Translations under genes and position numbers: made by a program
Notes under the pieces: generated by a model
Told to the model about the DNA's origin: nothing
The model's input: the letters and a program-made list of their open reading frames with translations, nothing else
The model's database searches: none
In this document: piece after piece, positions 49,231 to 61,240 of the stretch
Layout: the number at the start of each line of letters is the position of its first letter
Position numbering within the stretch: position 1 is the stretch's first letter
From: Vicugna vicugna
Taxonomy: Eukaryota
Reading direction: 5' to 3'
DNA: 64,000 nucleotides
Assembly: GCA_013265495.1 (NCBI GenBank)
Contig: MU058718.1
Location: 558,001-622,000, forward strand

Positions 49231-51523
49231 TGGAAGCGCTCTGCACAGAGAGCTGATCTGCAGTGACAACTGATTATGAACTCACCGTGGGCGGGGTCCC
49301 AGCTATCTCCTTAGAAATCTCTGGGTTCTATGTGAGGTAAGAATGCTGTTGGAGGCAAGGGCATGACGACAGTGCTTCCAACAGCATAATCAGCTGAGGA
49401 TGTCTGGGAATGCCAGAGAAATGGCTGATTTGAGTCTGTAGATCGCCTACGTGGGAGCAGGTTACGGACGACCCTCTCCTTTGAAGAGCAAAAGAGACAT
49501 GGGTCCCGAGAAGAGAGAACAGGCTGAGTCCTCAGTGGGTGCTCAGGAGAGCTTCACCCCCACCCGCAGGCCACCAGCTCCTGAAGGGACAGGCGGGCAG
49601 GTGTCTGGACTGGGGTTCTCTGCAGGGACCTCATCGTGGTGGTCCACAAGCTTTTCCCCACAAAGAAGTCACACTGGATAAACTCGTTATGCTTTCCTCT
49701 TGGCCATTAGTTGCTTTCTGACTGTATATTGTATGTGTCATCTTTTTAACACTCCATTCCAGGGAACCAGGGAGAAGGCATCTTTGTGGAGTCAGTATTA
49801 TCCTAGGTGTGAAATACAGGACACAGAGAGTTTCACCGCTTATCAAAGGCGAGACAGAAAGTCAGTGGCTTCTGAGGACCCCAGAGCCACCTTGCCACCC
49901 TGGTGGTGCCATGTGCTGACGTGGCCCGGGCTGCAGGAAGGGGCGCCCACAGCAGGTCCACCTCTGTGTCCCAGACAGGTACGTGTCCTCAGTGACAGAG
50001 GACATGAGTGAATTCTGGAGGGATGCTCCAGAAATACAGGCAGAAAACATTGCTCCTTTGCCTGAACACTTAGCAATCTAATCCTTCTGCGAAATGTTTT
50101 CCGTACTTTTTAACAGAGGAGTGTGTGAAAGGAGAAAATTTTAAGGAGAAAATTGGCCTTTTGAATGCTCCCCCAAAAAGAACTGTTTCTTATATAAAAA
50201 TGGCAATAATCATCCTGTTAGACAAGCCGCCTGGTAAAGGAGTTGGCATAAAATTAAGAACAATAATAACCTCAGGTTCTGTTGGATAGGTTACTTGCCG
50301 TTTGTGATTCACTTTAAATAAGAATGGGCTTTTCATACACAGGTGCCTATGAGTAGCCTCTGTCTTTCCATCCAGACGTTTTAAAAGCCACCCTCCTTGT
50401 AAAGCGATAGATGCACATTCTATAAATTACTTTATATTTTATATGATATACATCAAGTATAATTTTATATGTTGTATGTAAACTTATTCACATGCATCTT
50501 TATCAATAAGTTAAAAAAATCCTACCACATTAAAATGTTTATATGCTCACAAAACTTGCTTTTAGCCTCACCTGCCTCAATATTTTGCTGCCTTCCAAAG
50601 GAACCCTGGTTATCACTGGAAGATGTTACAATTCACACTCTCTAGGCAACACATACCTACTGGGCTTCCCACCCACCACTCCCAACCGCCTCCTGACAGC
50701 AATGCACAAGGGTCCCCACGCTGGGCAGAGGCAGCACCGGCTCACTTGTGTGTGGACCAAGGCCTGTTCTCCTTTGGACCTCAGATGAAGTCATAAAGTC
50801 ACCAATTCCTAAAAATGACCTTGCTACCAGGGTGACATCCAGATACAAAGACAGGAAGAGAAGGTGCTTAGGGAGCAAACAAAAAGGGATGGTAGCAGCT
50901 GATGAACTGCTTTTAACAATGGAATAAACTATTTTTCAGCATTTTGCATTTCTGGGATGGTTCCTATCAGAGTTATAGGGACCCATTCTGTTAAGTTAAA
51001 GCCTGAAATTATTCCCTCAAGAGCCTACTCTGTTCACCTGCCAAATGATTTTGTGCCTCTCTGTTATATAGCCTGAGGTTTTCCTGTTGGTGTTTGCCGC
51101 TCTGGGAGCAGCTTTTCTCAAAACCAGCTCCTTTCCTGAGTGGATAGCAGGAATGAGTTGCACCTGCAGATTCCCTACACTGATTTGTCAAGATTTCAGC
51201 CTCCTTGCAGGTTGAACACCTCCCTAATCTCTACAAATGTATGAGTGGCAGAAAGGAACTTTCTCAGAGCTCTGGGATGGCCAGTCACGGGATGCCTGGA
51301 CCCAGGGAGCCAGTCAGTCCATCTCAGCGGTCAGGCTACATGGAAACACGTAATAAGCAGGAAACTCCACTTCAAGATCATTTCATTTTTTCTCTGACTT
51401 TGATAAGGAAACAGTGTGATACTCTCTAGAAGGGCTGCCAATGACACTTTCAATTGAGAATTTCCTTTGGTCCATTTTCCCACAATGAAGGTGGAAATGG
51501 TCTGTCACCCGGAGATAACTTAC

Positions 51524-51610
51524 CCTTTCCAAAGACTTCAGGAGGTTTTGTCTCTCTTTGAGCTTCTGAATACTGATGACAATTTTGTGTCTTGCACCTT
51601 TGGTAACATT
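51524..51610 (-). CDS. SAMD4A: SAMD4A coding exon (87 nt): [29 protein letters not shown]
   Basis: Acceptor TTACAG|AAT, donor AGG|GTAAGT; phase 0-0; SAM motif VTKGARHKI. Confidence 0.97.
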
Positions 51611-53762
51611 CTGTAATGAAGTAAAAGTTGAATTTAAGAACATATTTCTGAGTATCAGCTTAGAGATTCTTGGAAGCTATTTAGTATTTTACTGTCTTCT
51701 GGGTTCCCACATGTTTGCAGACTAGTAAATATCCATTTGTCTCTCTCTTCAACTCCATTGTCATCAACCTCTTCTAACTAAATATTTTAACTCTATCTGG
51801 CTACACGTTTGCCTGTGTCTTTTGGCTATGGCCTTCAGGAGAGAGAGAGACAAGGCGGGAACAGCCAATTATCCCACCTAGCATGAAATTTCTTCAGTCT
51901 TAAAAACTCATTTTTAACTCACACATGGATTCCTTGTGTCCAGGTTTCGTCATTTCAGTCCCTCCCAGTGTCTGTGAAGGTTCCAACCCCAATCAGATAT
52001 CCATTGCTTCCTCAAAGCTTTCCTATGTTTGCCCATCTCGAGAAGACATCAAGTCTAGTACCATTCTCACCTGGTGTCACACAACATAGGGTGGTTTTGT
52101 CGGTTCTCAGCCCCTCTTAGGTCTCCATAAGGAAAACCAGAATAGAGAAGAGTTTAAACCTGTAATTCAGGCATCACTTGAGGAACAGGCTTAGGATTCA
52201 CAGGTAGGGTTATGGATTTTATCTTCTTAAAACTGTGTAGCAGTGGTGAGCCCAAGGATTTAGTTAAAGATTTATTGACTAGAGAAATTGCAAATTCCAA
52301 CTAGAAGGTTCTTTCTCAAATCAGGTCTCTAATACAAACTTCCGGTGACTTCTTGCACACATTCCTAAAATTTCTCTTAAAGAAGGTAAAGATGGGAACA
52401 CCAGAGATACCTCCTTTCCTCAAGCGACATCGGAACCCACTCTTCGAGATGAAGCACTGGGAGCCTGTTTCTGTTTGGCCTTGGCTTCGGGTTCAAGGGA
52501 ATTAAATTACTCTGGCCTCTGGCTTTGCCCTCTGTGTCAATTCTTTCTTCTTTTGTTTTCCCCTCAAGTTGAACAACTGATGACTGAGATTTTTTTTTCT
52601 CAACTCTGACCCAAACATAAGAATGCTCTTAGAAGCAGTTCTCATCAATCCTGGGGATCTCCAGGAGCAATGGAGATCCAAACAGCGGTGGGAGAAGTGT
52701 TAGGAAGTTGAAAGGAGGGCCTTTCATTCTCTGAGATTGCGCAGTGACTTTGGGCTTTGTCTTACATCTCAATACCGGTATTCAGCCAGGCCTGCAGAGG
52801 TTAACTGCGGGTGCTGAATATGCAAGGGGAAACCAGCCATCTGCTGGGAGGTCTGGGTCCAGACCAGCCGGTACCCCAAATGGTACCATCTCCTCTTCCT
52901 GCAGGGGAAATACTAATAGTCCTTCAGACCATTAATTCTCAGAACACCACTCAAAGGAAACTGAGGTCAATTTAAAACATGCAAATAGCATTTTAAACAA
53001 GGGAAACAAAGACATCGGTCAGATCTATTTACTCGAGCACAGCATGGAAGGAAACATGCTTAGTTTCAGGGGTTCTGTTGACTGGCCCGGACTCTGGCCT
53101 CCACAGAAGGAAGGAGGAATTTTGTCCTCTTAGGGCACACAGAAAGGAACTGACATCTGAGCCCTGGGGAAACCCATTCTTAATGCCTGTCCCGTGTTAC
53201 TCAAGGTGGTAAGGTGGCAATATTTTGTATAACTCTGCCCATTTCAACTAAGATCAGTCTGAACATGTTTCTGGACAAGTGTTGGGGAAGATCTGAGATA
53301 GGACCTGGTGCTTCTGCTAACTACTAGAAGTTAGCTGGTTTGTAACCAGACTGGACTAAAGACAGCCAATCTGTCATCCCACAGACAAGCCCTGGCCTGG
53401 CTGAAGAAGGGAGGGGACAAGGAAAACAAACGCAGGGACACAGACTTTGAGGTCTCAGTCAGTGTTACTTCTTCTGATGACCTGATGCCTCCCTAGCAAC
53501 CTTGAACTTGGAGAGTGAACGTACCCTTTGTGTAACACTCTGTCTCACTCTCATTTGCCCTGGGGTTACCTGCTCGTCTTCCAACTCCTACTAGACCCTG
53601 AAGGCCTCTGTCACCATGCTACGCTGGCCAGCACCTGGCAGTCCTTGAACAAGGCGAGCTACCAGGTGGGTATAGGTATGGGTCCAAACAAAGTCTATTT
53701 TGAACTTGAATTTCAGGCTCTCCCTGGGGCACCTTCTCGGGAATGGTCAGGCGAGCACGCAC

Positions 53763-53872
53763 CTGAGCCTCCAGCTGGCACTCAGTGAGGGCCATCATCT
53801 CCTCGTAGGTCATCTGGGAGAAAAGCGCGGCATACTTGTGCAGGCGGAGGCTCTTTAACCAGGCTGGAACAT
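53763..53872 (-). CDS. SAMD4A: SAMD4A coding exon (110 nt), SAM domain first part: (D)[36 protein letters not shown]
   Basis: Acceptor CACAG|AT, donor CAG|GTGCGT; phase 1 to 0; Smaug/Vts1 SAM signature [10 protein letters not shown]. Confidence 0.97.
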
Positions 53873-54097
53873 CTGTGGTGCAAGATGTGCAAGAGATGGG
53901 GAGAGAAGTTGAGAGGGAAAGGGGGGAGACGACAAGGGATGTGGGGAGAGAGGGAAAGAAGGTGGTGGTCAGAGGGAAAAAAAGGAAAAAATACCTTTAT
54001 GTTACTACTTGTTCGACTTTGGCAGCAAATTATGGACTTCTAAGTCTTGGTCTAGTTCTGATATTCCCACTGTTGGGCTTCCTCACTCTACTGTACA

Positions 54098-54268
54098 CCA
54101 GGGGATTGCTAACTTGGGGTCCATGGGCTTCAGAGCATACAGGAATCTTCTAAAATTACATCCCGATTTGTGAATATAAGGGTAGTTTTCTGCGCAGAGT
54201 GTCATCCATAGATTCCATAAGATTCTCAAAGGGGTTCATGATCCCAAAAATGGCAAGGAGTCACTGCT
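54098..54268. mobile_element. hAT-Charlie family MITE
   Basis: caggggattgctaacttggggtccatgg...gattctcaaaggggttcatgatcccaaaaa...cactg. Confidence 0.6.
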
Positions 54269-57079
54269 TTAGCCAGACTACTTCACTGTTGATTTGGAAA
54301 GAACTGACTTAGAATGTTAAACGACATGTGATGAGTCTTCATCCTAAAGATAATTTCTTTCTAGGTTTAATGCAGATATCCATATGCTGTTTCTGCCAAT
54401 TCTGCAGTGATAGGAAAAACCTGGGCGGCAGTAGAACCCCATGGGTAGACTTGCTGTCATTCTTAGCTTGACTTTTGTTCTGCCTTCCTAGACCCCTGTG
54501 GGAATATGGGCATCCTGGACTCCAAAATCATCACTCATGTGTGTATGTGTGTCCGTACCCTGGCCATTGCTTCAAACTAAGGCATGCATCTGGATGCATG
54601 TGTCTTTGACCTTATTCTTGAATGTCAACCACCTATCAGGACCTGAAAGGTCCAAAGATGGGCTAAGCTATGGGACAATGGGAATTCCAAAGCACACCTC
54701 AAATGAGTCCCAGGTTTGGGATTCTAGAATTAGGAAAATTAAATAGTAACTGTACTGAAGATCCACAGGAGAATTACCACCTTGCTAAATACAACTAAAA
54801 CAAAGCTCTTGACCATGCTCTTTTAAGTCAGAGTTTTGAGCTGTCAGAGGATCTTTGAGAAGTCTCTAGAATCATCTTCCCTCACCCCTGACTTATAGTA
54901 CAGAGGGCAAAATTAAGTCATTAAATCTAGATCATAGGGCAAGTATGTAGTAAAATGGGGACTAGAACCAGGCTGCCAGGTTTCCAGATTTTTCCTGCAT
55001 TGTATCAACTTTTTGTAGAATGAGGACCAAATAGCCCATCATCAATGGGAGGGCTGAATAAGAATAAGCAGTGACTGCAAAGTCATTAGAAATGCTGAAG
55101 CACTGGACAAATGTTACTCATGTTTTCTATGAATTATTATCTATTAGTAAACGTGTTGATTGCAAGAGACTGTCTATTGCTAAGTGCTTTATAAATCTGA
55201 GGCACTGACAGAGATCACAAACACTACAAAATAAGTGAGAAGCTTTCAATTTTTCAATGTTTAGAGTAGTTAACTGGGATTGACTAAAGAGGCCTGGCTC
55301 ACTCTGAAATCAGGCCCTGCCTCCTGGGTGAGTGGAACCTAGGTTTAGGGAACGTGGGTATGAGATGGTCATCTGAAACTCAAAGATACAGGAGGGGAGA
55401 GTGGGCCTGGTGAGGTTACTCCTTGATCTGCAGACATGTCAAGGCCAAAGAAGAAGAATTTCTGGAGAAACAGGATTGGATATCCAATGGCATTTTAAGA
55501 ACAGACTCAGTCATCTCAGGCAAGATTCTGTACATGGAGACCCTTAATTCTACTGTGACAAGCAGAGAATCCCTCTGGGACTATCATTAACCACAAAGAG
55601 ACAGGGCTTCCCCAGCCACATAGTACCAATCCCTTCCATCCTCCTCAACTCAAACTATGGTTAGATCAAGAGCCCAGGACATCCGCTTCCCTCCTGCGAC
55701 ATCCTGGAGCCACTTGGTCAGATTTTATTCTCCACCAGGTTTCTGTTGCTGTTGAAACAATGCTAATACTTCCACAGAGTGAGCAGCAAATAAATACTGT
55801 TCCAATTTTTAGGCCACCAGCATGTTTCTGCTTTGTCACCAGGTTTCACGTTTGCTTTTCACATCTTTGAAAATCCCAAGTAGCTGCTCAGACAACTCAG
55901 TGATCATGATTCAGAGAAGCATGGGTAACCCAATGCCATGCTTGGGCACAATCTGTCACAAAAGAGGATGGAGCAACCTCATTGGGCTAAATCTTCACTG
56001 GGTGCCCTACAGCTTAATCACACAAAATCCACTGATGATAAAACTGACAGAATCCTGAGCTACTAAATCACGTTGCTAACTGGGTGCTTTATAAGTCAAG
56101 GTGACAACATGGTGTTTTAAGAATGGGGCAGAGTGGGGTGCAAATCTTGGCTTGGCACATCTCAGTCCAATCAGTGCTCGTTCCTGTCTATGAAAGTATT
56201 TTTGACGACAAGAACTGCCCTGGTGAGAAGGAATGGAAGAGCCTGCTTTGCTCATTTAGTCAAAATGCAGGTCACTGGGAATCGCTTTCCTAGAAAAGGC
56301 TCCTACACAACTTCAGAACATGGTGAGTGAGGCCTTCCTGAAGAGTTATTTCCAGATATGTTCCCGGGAAATGCAGGCTTTCCTTGGCCGTATGTCCCTT
56401 GGGCAGGCATGTTGACCCCAGTCCTGAAGCCAGCATCTCAGTGCCTAGCTCAGTGCCACGTGCCATCTCTCCCTGTAATGTAAACCGATGAACAAAGAAG
56501 CGGAAATCCCAGTTCTTAAGAACGTAGCCTACTAAACTTTCACCCCCTGTTGGTGGTAAGGCACTTTCCTTTGCCAAGGATTAAAACAAAACTCCACTAA
56601 GAGGGAAACAAACCAGACAACTGAGTCCCTGGACCAATTCACTTCTCCCAAGCCAGGAATTCCAATGACTTGGATGCTAGATTCTGTAAGACGATGGCCA
56701 GGGACAAATTCTAACTAGAAGCTCAGATAATTTCCCATGGTCCAGATGCTACATGGTTGGATGCAAAGCTGAGAACCAGCTGACATAACCTCAGACCTTC
56801 TTCTCTTATTCTTCAAAGCTGTGGCTATGGCTGGGAGACACAGACACACAGGGGTGTTTCTCAGAGCAGCGGATATGTGATTGAAAGCATGCATGCCTCC
56901 TGGCCTCCTGCCTCTGACTGGCACACAGCAGTTTAGCGTCATCTGGGCTGTTTCTGATGGACAAGCCGACGGAGGTCTCAGACTAGAAAGTCACTCTCTT
57001 ATGCAGTGTGAGAAAGATAAAGATGTTTTTACTATATACTGGGGCTGATTTTCTTGCCAAGTGTAGGCATCCTAATAAT

Positions 57080-58100
57080 TGCTCACTCAACATTTACTGA
57101 ATGCCAGGCATGTCCCTGCCATCAAGGAACTTTTAATCTAGAAAGAATGGCTGACTCAAAAAAATGATAAAAGTTGCAGGGAAAGTGCTAAGTCTACTCA
57201 AAGTTCCAGGGGGTGGGGTGGGCCTTTTTGGTTTGCCTTAGGGAGTGAGAGACAGCTTCACAGTAGCATTAGTCCTGTCGTCACTGGGCAGACCACGAGG
57301 AGGAAGCCATCTCAGGAAGCAGGAACAGTGTATAAACAAAGCACAGAGCTGAGAGCATTCTGGACCAAGCAAGGACTTGGGTGAAAGCCAGAGAATAGCT
57401 TAGAAGCACGATGGGGCAATGAGGTGGGGGCGGGGTGACAGATTTGTAATGCTGAAACAAGGAGGGTTGAGCTCATCTTGGGTGATGAGGAATTGTTGAA
57501 GTCTGAGCAGCGGTGGCACAGTCTGATGAAGACGTGAGAAAGATGACAGCTGTCAACGTCAAGGCTGGACTGGAGGATGTGGGAGTGGAGGCTAGGAGAT
57601 GAGTCCAAGCCCTTGGAGATGGCTTGGGAGGGAGTGGCAGAGAAGGAGAGCTGACATCCTCTTAACTGACAGCACTTGAAGCTCAAGGAAGAAAAGAGAG
57701 GAAGAGAAAGGAGCCCAAGAGAATCCCCTGATTCAAGTTTGGTGAAAAGATACAGAGGGGCAGCAGGTGTGGGGTGAGAAGAGAGAGATGGTGAACTCTA
57801 CTTGAGGCAGGCTGAGTGTCCTCACCTTGGAGCCATCCAGGTGGAGAAATCAAGTGGTCAAGGTCTCTGAAGAGGGGTCTGAGTGGGAGAACCACTTGCT
57901 TTGTCAGTAGCACATGGCTGTTTAAGCTGCAGAAGTGGGTGAGCTCACTCAGGGAGAGAGCATGGACTGGGAAGAGGGGAGAGCCAAGGTGGACCCTCAG
58001 GAGCACCAGGCTTTTAGGGGAAGATGTGGGAAGAGAAGCCCTTGAAGGAAACTGAAGAGAGAAAGACCAAGGGTGGGCTGGAGGCTTCTGGGAGAAAGTA
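57080..58100 (-). mobile_element. Degraded LINE-2
   Basis: cactcaacatttactgaatgcc tail; ggaggatgtgggagtggag; ccaggtggagaaatcaagtgg; cttgtttaag-like L2 reverse motifs. Confidence 0.6.
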
Positions 58101-60349
58101 GCCCCATCCATGCACAGATGGTGGGTCCCCGTGCCACAGGGTCCTTCCTCATGAAGCTCCTCTGGGTCCTGCTGCAGTCCACAGTGGCTCATCTTCTTGT
58201 GGCCACTTTCCACTCTCACCCATCTTTTATATGCTCTATGTCTACCTGTTGATCTTTACCGATAGGATAAAGTTTCCAATCATGCTGGTTTCTATTTAAT
58301 GGTTGGGGCATGGATAAGCCAGCCACAGAGAGGTTTTGTGGGGCAGACAACAGCTCACACAGAAGCTGGGCTCCAATTAGAACGTGGGTTGTTTTTCTCA
58401 AGTGCCTGCTGCTGGAATGGCTACCAATACCATGCAGGTCAACAGGCCATGCAGCACCTGCCCCACAAACAAGGAGGCCCTACAAGAGAGAAAGCTGGAA
58501 ACAATAATGCAGAAGAGCCCATATATGGAAAGTGATGTAAAGGGCAGGGAGTCAGGCATGGAAGAGAGAACCTGGAGAGAGAACCATAAAACATGAACAG
58601 CCTCATTTTCCACAAGAAGCTTCACCTGTGGTGCTCCTGGTACCCGTGGATGGAAGAGCAGCTCCCATTCACCATGGAGAGCCATGCTGACTTCAGACAA
58701 CTCTATCTCCAAGATATAATGGCCTCCCTGGTCTTTGAAGGAGAGAGGAGCCAACTTAGGAGGGAGCAGGGACTAACTCTTCAGTGTTGAAGTGAAAAGG
58801 AAAACATGCCTTTGGAAAATGAAGAACCGAAGTCTAGCAGCACTATCAAGATGACTGAAAGCTGTCTTTATTTTTGGCCAGAGTGGAATGAACAGCCCAA
58901 TTCTGTTCCAGCCTCTGAGCAAAAGAAAGAAGGCGCCTTGGTCTCTGGTCCCGGTGGAGCTGAGGGCATGCTCCCGTGTCCATCCTGGGATGTGTCCATG
59001 GTGACCTCCAGGAGGGTTTCCACGCTTGTGGGGAGCATGTATGGGTCTCGGAAGGCACAGAGATGGCCGAGTTTGGGTAAAATACTCAGAAGGGTTCGAT
59101 ACAAACAGTGGGACTAAATGTCTCGCAGTTGCCAGCAGCTGCGACATTCGTAAGTGGTGTGCTACTCAGCCTGCTTTGCATCCTTCAACAGCGGCTAGGT
59201 TCCACATCGAAAGATGCCCTCCACATGCCTGCACGTGTCCTTAAAGCACTTCAGTGAAGACACATGGTTGGTAAGGAACAGCGGCTATAAGTTTCATGAC
59301 CTTTACATTTTGGGGGAATCCTGGGGATTTGCTTTTCAAAGACATCAGGGCTCCTCAGTCTATAAGATGGAGCACAAGTTGAGCCCATTAGGACCTATCT
59401 ACACAGGTCATAAGTTGGCATTTGGGAATAAAGCAAGTAAAGTGAATTTACTAAGTCCTGGCCTTTAAGTTAGATGAATTCAAGACAGCGTTTAGAAAGT
59501 CAGCATTCAGAAAATAGTAACTTGTTCCCATGACAGGCATGCTGAAAAGTGTCCCAGCCACCCATGAGGCTGTGTCACTCCCACTCTGTCACTCACACCC
59601 TTATGACCCTCAGAAATGCTGCATTCATAACCTTTCTTACAAAGGTTTCTGATGAGTTCCTCTGTCTTAAAAAAAAAAAATCACTCTTCTCAATTCCCCC
59701 CCCCCAATCTCATTCTAAGACAGGCAGAAGTTCAAGGTCTACATCTCAAAAACAACTCAAAACCCCAAACCCGCTATTTCAGGATAGGCAATATATTTCC
59801 TTTGCTACAGAGAAAAAACTGACATAAATTTCATCTAAGAAGGACTCCTTAGAAAAGAAAAACAGCCTATTTTCACAGTCACTGGTCCCCCTCTGCTCTT
59901 AATTGCTATGTTCTATCAAGGTTACTGAACCCAAAGATTTCTTTTTTTACCTTTATCATGACAATTTACAAATGTAAGTTTCAATTACCCATATATTTTT
60001 GTACTATCATAATGCCACACCTGGTAAGTATACCCGCCAACATTTATCTGTAATGGTGAGGCTGAAGCTCTTATCAAGAGAAACAGAGCCCCCATCTCTA
60101 CCCCTTTCACACCAACAACCGCAGCAAAAGTGTCACGGAGCTTCTCACTCTTAGGAGCCCAAATCTCCAAGGTCTTACCAGCCACGAGTCTAGTGAATCC
60201 CCCACATGAACTTATCATGGGCAGGCTGGATGCTTAAAGGGTGCAGGTGAGGAGAGGACCCAGGGCTCTTAGGGAGGCTGGGCCAGGGGACAGCATGGTG
60301 CACTGTGGTCCTGGCTGGCACACCTCCATTGGAATCTTCTAAAGGTTCC

Positions 60350-61240
60350 CACACTCAGCCTGCCCCACGCTGTCCCCTCCTCAGCCTGTTTCTTTTCCTA
60401 TTTATTCTTTGCTATAGATGACACCATGGGCTACTAGATGTGCCAGGCAAAAACTTTGGCATTGTCCTAAATTCTTCCTACTCCATCACTGTCTACCTTC
60501 AATTAGGGCACATTCAATTGAGAGCACTCTCAAATCTATCTTATGAAACCCCCACGAACACACTCCTTCTTCTCCCTTGCTTGACTTGGTCCAACTTCAT
60601 CTGCCTACTCAGTTACTGACGCACCCCCACCGTTTAGCTGGCTTCCAAATCCAGAGTCCCCTGTCCCTGCTCTGATTGATATGTCTCCCACATTTCTGCC
60701 TCAGGCCTGTTTCTAATGTGCAAATCTAAGCAGGTCATTCTGCTGCTAAATACCTTCAATGTCAGGATGAAAGCCCAAATCTTTTGCAAAGCCTACCATC
60801 CAGCTTTTCCCTCTCCAGACTTTGTTCCCACGTGCCCTTAACACTCTAGCCATAGGATGTAATTGGTCAAGCTGTCTCATCACCATGCTTTCACGCATAC
60901 TGTTCCTTCCGCATAGAATGCCCTTCCCACACCTTGTATATTTGGCTAACCTGGAGTCATGCTCTGAGTTTGAGCTCCAGGCCTCGTCCCCTTCAGGAAC
61001 TTTCCTTGACTTCCCTCCACTTTGAATTAGGGCCCTCCTTGGTACCGGCCTTGACCCAGGGGAAGTCTCCATCCAAGACAAGATGTTTTCACAGCTGTGC
61101 AGGTGCATCAGGGATCTGTTTGTTGCTCATGCGATAATGAGTCCCTTGATGCAGGAATCATCTCCTTCACCTCTGTCTCCCCAGTAACTAGGCCAAAGCC
61201 TCTCTCAGCAAGTGCTCAAGAAAGTCAACTGACTTGATGA
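60350..61240 (+). mobile_element. Degraded LINE-2
   Basis: tgctgctaaataccttcaatgtcaggatgaaagcccaaatc...tgttccttccgcatagaatgcccttccc...aagtgctcaagaaa. Confidence 0.7.
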
